Positions 1-8,991 of a DNA stretch of 64,000 nt are shown piece after piece. The position numbers and the translations under genes are program-made. The stretch is from positions 45,060 through 109,059 of the forward strand of contig JBBRXA010000002.1 in NCBI GenBank assembly GCA_038248855.1. The letters are read 5' to 3'. The notes under the pieces are model-generated. The model was given only the letters and a program-made list of their open reading frames with translations. It had not been told where the DNA came from and made no database searches. This stretch comes from Bacteroidales bacterium (GTDB taxonomy: Bacteria; Bacteroidota; Bacteroidia; Bacteroidales; VadinHA17). Position 1 is the first letter of the stretch. Each line of letters opens with the position of its first letter.

Positions 1-1863
1 GAAGCTTTTCACCACTGGATGCCCAATATCAACACTGATCATCATGAAATGGGCGCTAATGCCACTTTCTTCTTCCAGCCCGGCATACAGACACGCAACA
101 ACCCGGTAGTACCCATTGAAAATCAGCAGGTAACAACGGTTATCAGCAAATATCACGCTAAGCATCTTGACAACATAGGCAGCCTTTACTATACTGAGGA
201 GAGCTTTGACGATTTCTATCTGGGCAAAGGCTCGGCATACCCCGATGTTCACGGATCGATTGGAATACTCTTCGAACAGGCCGGTGTGAAAGGCCATCTG
301 CGCGAAGTTCCTTCGGGGCTGCTCTCATTCCCCTTCGCCATCAGGAACCAGTTCACCGTTACCCTTTCCACAATCGAGGCAGGACTCGACATGAGGGTTC
401 AGCTGCTGGATATGCAGCGCGACTTCTACCGCACCGCCCTTCGTGAGGCGGAGGCATCGGCAGTAAAGGGATACCTCTTCACTACGAAGTATGACAGGGC
501 TGCAGGAGGCCAGTTCATCGAAAACCTGCTGAGACATAAGATTCAGGTGTACAGTTGCGGAAAGAATCTTTCCAAAAACGGTGAGAGTTACACAACAGTT
601 GACAGTTACTTCGTGCCGGCGAAACAGAAAGAATACAGGTTTGTAAGAAGCCTGTTCGAACCCATAACCCAGTTTAAGGATACCACCTTCTATGATATTT
701 CAACATGGGTTCTGCCCATGTCTTTCAATATCAGCTACACCACAGTAAATGCTGCAGAAAGTACAGGTCTTACCGGCGCTCTTCTTTCCGGTGCACCGGC
801 GCTTGACGGTCGCCTCACCGGAGCCGCAGAACCATATGCCTGGCTCTTCGAGTGGAATGAGTACTATACGCCCAAAGCTCTGTATATGTTGCAAAAGGCC
901 GGTCTTACGGCAAGGGTGGCAACGAAGAAATTCACACTCACCGAAGGAGAAAACCGGAAGAAATTCAATTACGGCACCATAATGGTGCAACCCTCCGGGA
1001 CCGATATGCCAGCGAAGGATGTTGGTGAACTGATGTCAAGGGTAGCTGAAGAGTGCGGGATAGAGATTTACGGTGCCTCCACAGGACTCACGCCTTCGGG
1101 CATCGACCTGGGAAGCAACGAATTCATTCCTCTCACAATGCCTTCGGTGCTGATGCTTATCGATGAAGGTATTCCGGCTGACGATGCCGGGGAGATATGG
1201 TACCTCACAGATGTACGATACAATATGCCTGTAACCATGACATCGGTCTCACGGCTTACGGCAGCCAATCTCTCAAGATACAACGTTATCATAATGGCAG
1301 GAAATCCCTCAATACCATCCTCAACGATTGAACGCATCAGGGACTGGAACCGTGCCGGAGGCACTTTAATTGCGTACAAGGGAGGAAACCGGTGGGTTGC
1401 CGACAATAAATTTGCAGATATTTCCTATATTGATCCTGCTGTCATGCCTGAGGGCATAGAAAGGAAATATACAGACAGGGCCAATGACAGGAATATCCAC
1501 ACCATTCCGGGGTCAATATTCGAAACCAGGCTTGATCTTACACATCCCCTGTGCTTCGGTTATATCAAACCGCTGTTACCGGTTTTCAAAAGCGAATCAA
1601 CGGCCGTTAAAAAGACAGAGAGTCCGTACAACAATCCGGTCATCTATACGGACAAGCCTTTGCTGAGCGGGTACAGTACGCCGGAGAACAATGAAAGGAT
1701 AAAAAACAGTGCGTTCGTCAGCGTTCACAGCGGCACGGGAAGGGTCATATCAATATATGACGACACAAACTTCAGGGTCATCTGGTACGGAACCAGCAAG
1801 ATATTTGCAAATGCAATCTTTTTCGGGCAGATACTCAGGCAGGAAAGCAGATACGGCCAATAG
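1..1863 (+). CDS. M14-family metallocarboxypeptidase-like protein, C-terminal part (5' end lies outside the window)
   Basis: The frame is open from base 1 (EAFHHW precedes the first Met at 19). HHEMG and GILFEQAG stretches resemble the late zinc-ligand and catalytic-Glu region of M14 peptidases. A long non-catalytic C-terminal domain follows. Stop at 1861-1863. Confidence 0.6.
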   Translation, partial: EAFHHWMPNINTDHHEMGANATFFFQPGIQTRNNPVVPIENQQVTTVISKYHAKHLDNIGSLYYTEESFDDFYLGKGSAYPDVHGSIGILFEQAGVKGHLREVPSGLLSFPFAIRNQFTVTLSTIEAGLDMRVQLLDMQRDFYRTALREAEASAVKGYLFTTKYDRAAGGQFIENLLRHKIQVYSCGKNLSKNGESYTTVDSYFVPAKQKEYRFVRSLFEPITQFKDTTFYDISTWVLPMSFNISYTTVNAAESTGLTGALLSGAPALDGRLTGAAEPYAWLFEWNEYYTPKALYMLQKAGLTARVATKKFTLTEGENRKKFNYGTIMVQPSGTDMPAKDVGELMSRVAEECGIEIYGASTGLTPSGIDLGSNEFIPLTMPSVLMLIDEGIPADDAGEIWYLTDVRYNMPVTMTSVSRLTAANLSRYNVIIMAGNPSIPSSTIERIRDWNRAGGTLIAYKGGNRWVADNKFADISYIDPAVMPEGIERKYTDRANDRNIHTIPGSIFETRLDLTHPLCFGYIKPLLPVFKSESTAVKKTESPYNNPVIYTDKPLLSGYSTPENNERIKNSAFVSVHSGTGRVISIYDDTNFRVIWYGTSKIFANAIFFGQILRQESRYGQ

Positions 1864-2359
1864 CGATATCTTCAATCTCGCGCAGCGACTTTTCAAGTGA
1901 AATAAACTGTAACGGATCACCTGAGAGTTCGAGGATTATCAGGCCTGCCGACTCCCCGAACCATACTTCATTTACGCCCAGCCTGGTGCGGATGACATTG
2001 CCGTAGAGGGTAAGGAGTTTCTGTACACCGATACCCAGGTCGTCACGGTGAGGTACTACCAGACCCAGAAGTGTGACACCACCGCATTCCTGTTGTGCGT
2101 CGGAGGGGCCGTGCGAAAATAACATCTCCCTCACCGAAACACCTTCTATGCTCTTTAACTTTTTGACAAGTGACTCGCAATCATCAGGTTCACCGGCCAT
2201 GTGTATTACCATGAATCCTTCCCGGCTGCAGACTTCATCACTCAGTTCGTGGAAGCCCAGACGGGTGCTGATGACTGACATGTGGGCTGAGAGTGCCTTC
2301 TGTATGAGGCCTGCCTCCCTGATCCTGTCCGTAATCTTTATTCCTGCTACTCTGACCAT
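1835..2359 (-). CDS. Tandem-duplicated TM1266-like (ACT/NikR-C-like) putative iron-only hydrogenase system regulator
   Basis: 174 aa made of two related halves (ISTRLGFHE...GFMVIHMAGEPDDCESLVKKLKSIEGVSV versus IRTRLGVNE...GLIILELSGDPLQFISLEKSLREIEDIAI). It starts 12 nt downstream of hydG on the same strand. Confidence 0.6.
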   Translation of the reverse strand: MVRVAGIKITDRIREAGLIQKALSAHMSVISTRLGFHELSDEVCSREGFMVIHMAGEPDDCESLVKKLKSIEGVSVREMLFSHGPSDAQQECGGVTLLGLVVPHRDDLGIGVQKLLTLYGNVIRTRLGVNEVWFGESAGLIILELSGDPLQFISLEKSLREIEDIAIGRICFPA

Positions 2360-2371
2360 AATTATGATAGT

Positions 2372-3793
2372 TTAATAATAGAGGTCTCTCTCTCCGTTCC
2401 TGATGAGTTCGATCTTCTCTCTCAATCCCTCCTTCATACCTTCATCCAGGTCCGCCATATTCTTTTCAATGGCCTTCCACCCTTTCTCCGCCAGTTCCGG
2501 TGTAGCATAATCAACCAGGTACTCGGAAAGGGTAAGAATGGCGTTCGGCGTGCAGTACCGCTTGATGAAGCCGGGCACTGAAAATTCCATGAAATGTTCC
2601 CCGGTACGCCCGAGACGGTAACAGGCAGTGCAGAATGACGGGAGGAAGTCGTCATTCATCAGCTCATCTATTACCTCAGCCAGCGACCTGTCATCACTGA
2701 TCCTGAACTGTTCGCGGTTCAGGTTCTGCTGCTCATTCTTCGATTCGGAGTAGCCTCCCAACTCAATTTTTGTCCCGCCGTCGATCTGTGACACCCCGAA
2801 AGACATCGCCTCCTTCCTGACATCTGCTGCCTCACGGGCAGTAAGTATCAGCCCGGTGTAGGGCACTGAAAGCCTCAGAATGGCTATAAGCTTTTTGAAA
2901 TCTTCATCACTGACAAGATACTTGTCGTTGAAATTAATCATTGAAGCATCCTTTATCCTGGGAAAAGAGATCGTATGAGGTCCAACATTGTAGCAAGCCT
3001 CAAGGTGGTTAGTATGACGAACCAGCCCCATGACCTCAAAACGCCAGTCGTATAAACCGAAGAGAGCCCCTATCCCCACATCGTCAATTCCTGCCTCCTG
3101 AGCCCGGTCGAGAGCGGTCAGTCTCCAGTCATAGTCTTTCTTTTTACCGCCGAGATGGTACCACGAATAGGCTTCCCGGTCATATGTCTCCTGAAATACC
3201 TGGTAAGTGCCGATGCCCGATTTACCAACTGTCCGGAAGCCGTCAATATCCAGGGGAGCGGCATTGACGTTAACCCTGCGGATCTCTCCCCTGCCCTTGC
3301 GCACCCCGTACACGGTTCTGACTGTATGGGCAATGTAATCAGGACTATACTCCGGATGCTCACCGTAGACCAGGATCAGCCTTTTCTGCCCGTTGTCCTC
3401 AAGAGCCTCTACTTCGGCAACTATCTGATTATCAGTAAGGGTCTTGCGGTGAGCGGCTTTGTTTGTAGCCCTGAATCCGCAATACATGCAGTTGTTACTG
3501 CATTTATTCCCGATGTACAACGGGGCGAAGAGAACTATCCTGTTGCCGTATACCTTTTTCTTGAGCTCCCTGGCGCCGTCCTTTATCTCCTCTGTAAGTC
3601 CGGCATCCGCACTTATAAGCGCAGCCGTCTCAGCCATTGTGAGCCTTTCCTTGGCAAGTGATTTGGCAATTATCTCCCTGATTCTTACCTTATCACAGGT
3701 TGTATTGTTAATGAGGGACCATATTTCAGACGGATCGATGAATGACTCCATCCTTCGGTCCGGTATGCTGCATTTTTCAGGGTTAAATTTCAT
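2372..3793 (-). CDS. hydG: [FeFe]-hydrogenase H-cluster radical SAM maturase HydG
   Basis: Radical-SAM motif CSNNCMYC (CX3CX2C). C-terminal CTAC-X22-C motif (CTACYRLGRTGEHFMEFSVPGFIKRYC), which is typical of HydG rather than ThiH. 473 aa. Confidence 0.9.
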   Translation of the reverse strand: MKFNPEKCSIPDRRMESFIDPSEIWSLINNTTCDKVRIREIIAKSLAKERLTMAETAALISADAGLTEEIKDGARELKKKVYGNRIVLFAPLYIGNKCSNNCMYCGFRATNKAAHRKTLTDNQIVAEVEALEDNGQKRLILVYGEHPEYSPDYIAHTVRTVYGVRKGRGEIRRVNVNAAPLDIDGFRTVGKSGIGTYQVFQETYDREAYSWYHLGGKKKDYDWRLTALDRAQEAGIDDVGIGALFGLYDWRFEVMGLVRHTNHLEACYNVGPHTISFPRIKDASMINFNDKYLVSDEDFKKLIAILRLSVPYTGLILTAREAADVRKEAMSFGVSQIDGGTKIELGGYSESKNEQQNLNREQFRISDDRSLAEVIDELMNDDFLPSFCTACYRLGRTGEHFMEFSVPGFIKRYCTPNAILTLSEYLVDYATPELAEKGWKAIEKNMADLDEGMKEGLREKIELIRNGERDLYY

Positions 3794-3870
3794 TTTTCCT
3801 TTTTAATTATCCTTCGCCTCTGTCAATCCGTAAAGATAGCTAAAATGAGACCCTTATTTCATGATTCAGG

Positions 3871-4785
3871 TCAGAAAATGAGTTCATTCATCTCATCTAT
3901 TCCACTTGCCAGAAAGCGTTCGGGCGGGATCCTCAGGTCATAGGCCCGGAGTTGTTTGTGAAAGAAAAGGGTCATCCTCTTGCCGGGGATATCCTTGTCA
4001 TATGTATCGAGATGTACGAAGATCTCCGGACTCTGACCGTCAGCGGGCGGAATGTAAACCATCCCCTTGGAAAAAAAGGCGTCGGCAGCGCACGAAACAG
4101 CGTAAAGTCCTTCCGCCGGCAACAGTTTCACTGTCTCTGTTACAGGTATTCGGATAAATGGTATGTCACTGGAGAATCCGGGATCCGCAGACTGAGCCTG
4201 GCCTATTACGATGTAGAAATGATCAAGATATGCATTTGCCCGCTGTATGTATCCTTCGGTAAGAGCCTGCCGGATTCGCGTCGAGCTCACTGTTTCATTC
4301 TGAACCTCCTGCATGGGGATCTCTTCCGCCTCGAACCCATACCTGCTCCTCCACTCCCATAGCTGATGATAGTCGCCGGTCTGGTTAAAGCCGAAATGGT
4401 GATTGTGACCCACAACTACTACCCTGGATTTCAGTATTCCGCAGAGGATATCACGGACAAAAGCTTCACTGGTGATCTGCGAAAAGTCCCTTGTAAATTC
4501 TATGATAATTACGTTTTCAAGACCTGCCTTCTGAAGCAGCTCAATCTTCTCCTCCTGTGAATTTATCAGTTTCAGGCCCTTGCCTGCGCTGTCAGGATAA
4601 AGCACCGCCCTCGGATGCGGATGAAAGGTGATAAGCACCGATTCGCCACCGTATTCAACTGCAAGTTTTTTCAGCCTTCGGAGAATCGTCTTATGACCGA
4701 TATGAACTCCGTCAAAAGTACCTGTTGTTACAATTGGTGAAGGGATTACCGCCGCATCTTCAAAACTCCTGAATATTCTCATCAA
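3871..4785 (-). CDS. ribF: Bifunctional riboflavin kinase / FMN adenylyltransferase
   Basis: N-terminal GTFDGVHIGH nucleotidyltransferase motif, C-terminal riboflavin-kinase-like half, 304 aa. Confidence 0.9.
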   Translation of the reverse strand: MMRIFRSFEDAAVIPSPIVTTGTFDGVHIGHKTILRRLKKLAVEYGGESVLITFHPHPRAVLYPDSAGKGLKLINSQEEKIELLQKAGLENVIIIEFTRDFSQITSEAFVRDILCGILKSRVVVVGHNHHFGFNQTGDYHQLWEWRSRYGFEAEEIPMQEVQNETVSSTRIRQALTEGYIQRANAYLDHFYIVIGQAQSADPGFSSDIPFIRIPVTETVKLLPAEGLYAVSCAADAFFSKGMVYIPPADGQSPEIFVHLDTYDKDIPGKRMTLFFHKQLRAYDLRIPPERFLASGIDEMNELIF

Positions 4786-4793
4786 CTGCGGAG

Positions 4794-5417
4794 TTATGCT
4801 TTCTCCTTGACAAAATAAGCAACCTTTTCAATTGAGGTGATCATGTCAAACTCTTCAAGATGAACATTGTCAGGCACATTGAGAGATACAGTTGTGAAAT
4901 TGAGAATACCCCTGATACCCTTGCTTACAATAGCTGAAGCAACTTTCCGTGCCTGGTCAGGGGGTACTGTAAGAATAGCGATGGAGATATTAAGGTCACT
5001 AATATGTTTACCAAGCTCATCGATATGATAACACCTGACACCGGAGATTACCTTGTCAACTTTCTGCGGGTCAACATCGAAAGCGGCGACCACGTTTAGT
5101 TTTGTTCTCTTCCCCTTGAAGTACCCGGTGACGGCCCGCCCGAGGTTTCCCTGGCCAATTACCGCCACATTCAGACCATTCTGATCATCTATTATATCAC
5201 CGATTGTCTTGATGAGTTCCCTTATATCATAGCCCTTGCGCATAACGCTTCCGTAACCGATAAGCATCAGGTCGCGCCTCACCTGGACAGCCGTGATATG
5301 CAGCAACGCTGCAAGTTCGTGGGAAAAGATGTAACTGCGGTTTTCCGTAAGAGTGCCCAGGAGGGCTCTTCTGTACTCACTAAGTCGTTCTACTGTTTTC
5401 CCTGGAAGTTTTTTCAT
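4794..5417 (-). CDS. rex: Redox-sensing (NADH/NAD+) transcriptional repressor Rex
   Basis: N-terminal winged-helix region (TVERLSEYRRALL) plus a Rossmann GxGxxG (VAVIGQGNLGRAV). 207 aa, typical Rex size. Confidence 0.9.
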   Translation of the reverse strand: MKKLPGKTVERLSEYRRALLGTLTENRSYIFSHELAALLHITAVQVRRDLMLIGYGSVMRKGYDIRELIKTIGDIIDDQNGLNVAVIGQGNLGRAVTGYFKGKRTKLNVVAAFDVDPQKVDKVISGVRCYHIDELGKHISDLNISIAILTVPPDQARKVASAIVSKGIRGILNFTTVSLNVPDNVHLEEFDMITSIEKVAYFVKEKA

Positions 5418-6562
5418 ATTTCAGCTTTTAAATTTTGCACCTGTACCCTGGGAATGATTACAGTGAAAGTGGTACCGCTGTCGGCGACGCTCTCCACATT
5501 GATAACCCCGTGATACAATTCAACAACTTTTTTCACTATTGACAGTCCCAGGCCGCTGCCGCTTATATTGCGCGTCTTGTCGTTCCTGATCCTTGAGAAC
5601 TCCTCGAAGAGCATCTTGCTCTCATCCATGCTCATTCCGATGCCGGTATCCTCCACCGCAATTGTAAACTCGTTCTCGCTGCAATCTACGCTTACGGTAA
5701 CCATGCCCCCGCTCTTGTTATATTTGACCGCGTTGGAGACAAGGTTGTTGAGAATTATCTCGAAATCATTGGGGTCTGCCCATATCTTCCCGCACCCGCT
5801 TATATTTGTCACGAACCGGATATCCTTGTGAATGGCATAGGGACTTACTGTAACGATAGCCATTGAGACCATTTCGCGAAGATCTATCTCGCGGCTCTTT
5901 TCAACCTGTCTTTCGAAGTTCACCTTGGTGAAATCAAGGAGGTCCATGATCAGGTTACGCATGCCGCCTATGCGCTGCAGTGATCTTTCAATGGCCGATT
6001 CATACTCGCTGACAGACTCTCCCATCTGTCTTTCCTGCATCATCCTCAGATAGCCCTCGATGGCATTCAGCGGAGCTTTCAGCTCATGTGAAAGTACCGA
6101 CAGAAACTGGAAGCGCACTTTTTTTCCTTCAACCTTAAGCTTGTGGGTAATGCGTTTCAGGTACTGCTGCTTGGTTATCTGCTCTATGGATGATTTAAGT
6201 TCCTGTGGCGTGAAAGGTTTGGGAATGAAATCAGTGGCTCCGTCGTTATGCGCCTTGACAGCAATATCAAGTGAGGCGTAAGATGTAATCATCGCCACAA
6301 CGATATCATAGTTTTTCTTCTTTACGTATTCTAATACCTCTACGCCCTGGATTCCCGGTAGCTTATTGTCAAGGAGCAATATGTCAGGCTTTTCCCTTTC
6401 AACAATCTCGATGCCCTCCTCCCCCGTTGCAGCCTCGATGACTTCATATGTATAGTCCTCATCCATAAATGGATAAGTGACATGAAAATTACGCAGGATC
6501 CTGGCTACACCGGATCTTATGCCCGGTTCATCGTCTACTACAAGTACTTTCAGCTGTGCCAT
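5414..6562 (-). CDS. Hybrid response-regulator / histidine kinase (REC-HisKA-HATPase)
   Basis: N-terminal REC (VLVVDDEPGIRSG...LLLDNKLPG...KPF), H-box SHELKAPLNAIEGY, and ATPase boxes (NLVSNAVKY, DTGIGM, GSGLGL). Overlaps the rex start by 4 nt. Confidence 0.9.
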   Translation of the reverse strand: MAQLKVLVVDDEPGIRSGVARILRNFHVTYPFMDEDYTYEVIEAATGEEGIEIVEREKPDILLLDNKLPGIQGVEVLEYVKKKNYDIVVAMITSYASLDIAVKAHNDGATDFIPKPFTPQELKSSIEQITKQQYLKRITHKLKVEGKKVRFQFLSVLSHELKAPLNAIEGYLRMMQERQMGESVSEYESAIERSLQRIGGMRNLIMDLLDFTKVNFERQVEKSREIDLREMVSMAIVTVSPYAIHKDIRFVTNISGCGKIWADPNDFEIILNNLVSNAVKYNKSGGMVTVSVDCSENEFTIAVEDTGIGMSMDESKMLFEEFSRIRNDKTRNISGSGLGLSIVKKVVELYHGVINVESVADSGTTFTVIIPRVQVQNLKAEI

Positions 6563-6563
6563 T

Positions 6564-6959
6564 TCAAACCTTTAACAGTTTCTTTATTTCCTGATCCAGC
6601 TGCTCAGGCCTGATTCCCTTTTCAAGATACAGGTCAGCCCTTATCCAGTCGCGTTCCTGCTCACTGTTCAGGCTGAAAGTGATCCCTGTTTCCTTGGCGA
6701 CAGCGGTGGCAAGAATGACCGGAACATCGGGGTATCTGCGTTTCAGTTTATAACACAGTATAAAACCGCTGTCATCACTCTCCATCATAAGGTCGAATAT
6801 TGCAATGTCAGGCCTTATTTTTGAGATTACCTGTTCTGCTTCCCCCTGGCTCTCCACCGGTATGACCTCGTAACCGGACTTCCGAAGGTGATATGCCACC
6901 TGAAAAAGATAATCAGGGTCATCATCCGCCACCAACACCGTAAACACCTTTTTATTCAT
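6564..6959 (-). CDS. Single-domain response regulator (REC only)
   Basis: 131 aa with VLVADDDPD, FDLMMES and LEKG receiver features and no output domain. Its stop is 1 nt from the next gene's start. Confidence 0.85.
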   Translation of the reverse strand: MNKKVFTVLVADDDPDYLFQVAYHLRKSGYEVIPVESQGEAEQVISKIRPDIAIFDLMMESDDSGFILCYKLKRRYPDVPVILATAVAKETGITFSLNSEQERDWIRADLYLEKGIRPEQLDQEIKKLLKV

Positions 6960-7000
6960 TCCTGATATTTATTATAAACTTTTTCAGTTTCTTGCCGTTG

Positions 7001-7008
7001 CAAATATA
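7001..7008 (-). promoter_or_regulatory. Candidate Bacteroidota -7 promoter box (TATATTTG on the minus strand) ahead of the REC gene
   Basis: Matches TAnnTTTG in the 54-nt gap between the HydS-HK stop and the REC start. Confidence 0.3.
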
Positions 7009-7013
7009 ATGCC

Positions 7014-8978
7014 TTATTCAGGTCTCTTCGGGAGAATAATCCTGAATTTAGTTCCTGTGGGGCCCTTGGCCGGATCGTTGTTTGTTTCAACCGTTATCTG
7101 GCCCTTATGCATTTTGACAATGCCGTAAGTAGTCGCCAGCCCGAGACCTGTTCCTTTACCGATACTCTTGGTGGTAAAGAAGGGTTCGAATATTTTTGGC
7201 CGGTCTTCATCCCTGATCCCTGATCCTGTATCTGAAACGTTAAAAATAACATCGCTGACAGTGTCCTCAAGGCATATCTCTATTGTTCCTCCTTCGGGCA
7301 TGGCGTCAACGGCGTTCTTAATGAGGTTTGTCAGCACCTGGGTCATCTGTTCTGCATCAATTGATGCATTCGGATCTGTTGTACGGTCATCCACGGTGAC
7401 CTTTATGGTTTCAGGTACAATCACACCTGAGACACTGGCCTCTGCCAGTTCCCTGACGTTAATATACTGACGGTTGACCTGGTTCTTGCGGGCGAAATTG
7501 AGCAGTCCGCCAACGATCTTCTTGCACCGTGCTGCCTGTTCGGCAATGAGTTCCAGATCCTGTCTTACGGGATTGTCAGGTGTGCATTCGTCAATCAGGA
7601 TGTTGCTGTACATTATCACAACACCGAGCGGATTGTTCAGTTCATGAGCAATGCCTGCGGAGAGCTGTCCCATATGCGCCAGTTTCTCCGACTGCTTCAG
7701 GGCATTCTGCATTGTGGTCAGCTTTGCGTTCGAAAGGGCAAGATCCTTCACGGACCTGTGCAGCTTCTCAATGGTGTAGGGCAGGCACATCTCCTCCTCG
7801 GCCAGCCCCTTGACAATGGCTACGGCATGGTCTATGCACGTGTCATACCCGCAGGCTCCGCAGTTTAGATGGTCCGTTGGGGCAACCTTACCCATCGAAG
7901 CCAGTACATTATTTATATCTTCATTTTCAGGGAGTTCCCGCCGGAGGTCCTCCGGCTTGAATTTTATACTCAGGTCGAGCCTGTCATAGGTCTGGAGGTT
8001 GTTCTGCCACTCTTCGGAATCTATTGTCTCCATCTTCTGGTGAGCGTAACCGCTAACCAGGGCCCTCCTGTTATACTGTTTGCCTCCCTTGCTCATACCG
8101 GGTCCCATAATGCATCCTTCGCAGCAAAGCAGCTCCAGGTGCTGGCCTCCGATCATTCCCTCTTCAAATTCCTTAATCGCTTCCTGGAAACCTATTCTTC
8201 CCTCAGCGGCTATGATATTGCCGGTGATGGCATCGTCATTGACCCCGGCAGCCTGCAGAAGTCCCCTGGTGACGGGGAAGATCGCACCGCGGCCGCCAAG
8301 GGGAGCATCAAATCCGGACGGTTTGAAAGTACCTTCAGCGATGCCAGCACTCCTGAACATCTCTCTCAGTTCGGTGAAGGTTATGGAAGCATCAACTTCA
8401 GGTGTCTCTGCCTTCTTCGCGACACAGGGGCCGATGAATACTATCTTCAGGTCGCTGCCGTACTTTTCCCTCATCACTCTCGTCATGGCCAGCATGGGTG
8501 AGACAACCGGGACAAGGTTATCAGTCAGGTCAGGGTGGTAGAACCTTATGAAACTTACAATTGCAGGGCAGTCTGATGAGATATAATTCTTATCTCCGGC
8601 TTCACTGATCAGCTGCCTGTAACGGTGTGCAACCAGGTCAGCACCGAATGAGACTTCTGAGACATAATCGAATCCCAGGGCCCTGATCATTCCCACCAGG
8701 TTCCTGTAATCGCCTGCATCAGGGAATTCCGCCGGGAAGCTGGGAGCCACAATTGCCGCTGTCTTTTCAGAATTTTCAAGGAGTTTCTGAACCTGGTCAG
8801 TGGTATTCAGAAAGACCTTTGCACCCTGGCTGCATACCTTGGTGCAGTTTCCGCAGGCAACACATCTTTCCGTTATCACCTCTGCCTGGCCTCCTACTAT
8901 ACGGATGGCGCGGGCAGGGCACTCCCTGACGCATGTATAACATGTACGGCATAATTCCTTTATGGTGTAGACCAGCAT
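7014..8978 (-). CDS. Sensory [FeFe]-hydrogenase-like protein fused to a histidine kinase (HydS-type domain + HisKA + HATPase)
   Basis: Two N-terminal 4Fe-4S motifs ([23 protein letters not shown]). H-domain-like motifs [17 protein letters not shown] and [13 protein letters not shown]. Accessory CGAC-X4-C-X16-C motif. Then H-box [12 protein letters not shown] and ATPase boxes ([22 protein letters not shown]). Confidence 0.85.
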   Translation of the reverse strand: MLVYTIKELCRTCYTCVRECPARAIRIVGGQAEVITERCVACGNCTKVCSQGAKVFLNTTDQVQKLLENSEKTAAIVAPSFPAEFPDAGDYRNLVGMIRALGFDYVSEVSFGADLVAHRYRQLISEAGDKNYISSDCPAIVSFIRFYHPDLTDNLVPVVSPMLAMTRVMREKYGSDLKIVFIGPCVAKKAETPEVDASITFTELREMFRSAGIAEGTFKPSGFDAPLGGRGAIFPVTRGLLQAAGVNDDAITGNIIAAEGRIGFQEAIKEFEEGMIGGQHLELLCCEGCIMGPGMSKGGKQYNRRALVSGYAHQKMETIDSEEWQNNLQTYDRLDLSIKFKPEDLRRELPENEDINNVLASMGKVAPTDHLNCGACGYDTCIDHAVAIVKGLAEEEMCLPYTIEKLHRSVKDLALSNAKLTTMQNALKQSEKLAHMGQLSAGIAHELNNPLGVVIMYSNILIDECTPDNPVRQDLELIAEQAARCKKIVGGLLNFARKNQVNRQYINVRELAEASVSGVIVPETIKVTVDDRTTDPNASIDAEQMTQVLTNLIKNAVDAMPEGGTIEICLEDTVSDVIFNVSDTGSGIRDEDRPKIFEPFFTTKSIGKGTGLGLATTYGIVKMHKGQITVETNNDPAKGPTGTKFRIILPKRPE

Positions 8979-8991
8979 AGTTCAGTCCTTT

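Noticed and set aside
1835-1863. The 29-nt convergent overlap between the M14 peptidase and the TM1266-like gene as a special antisense regulatory feature
   Set aside because: The overlap is real, since both stop codons define it. Short convergent 3' overlaps are common in compact genomes, and nothing else (a hairpin or a repeat) marks the site.
3794-3870. An FMN riboswitch or other leader element between ribF and hydG, or an FMN riboswitch ahead of ribF
   Set aside because: The gaps of 77 nt and 8 nt are too short and show none of the conserved FMN-aptamer stems. ribF is also not a typical FMN-riboswitch target.
7869-8501. Long antisense ORFs inside strong genes (for example 7869-8501 +, 9083-9673 +, 12168-12602 +, 46293-47000 -, 61863-62399 +, 54783-55247 +)
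   Set aside because: They lie entirely within well-supported conserved genes on the opposite strand. Their composition is low-complexity and rich in Ser, Pro and Arg, with no recognisable motifs. They are typical shadow ORFs.
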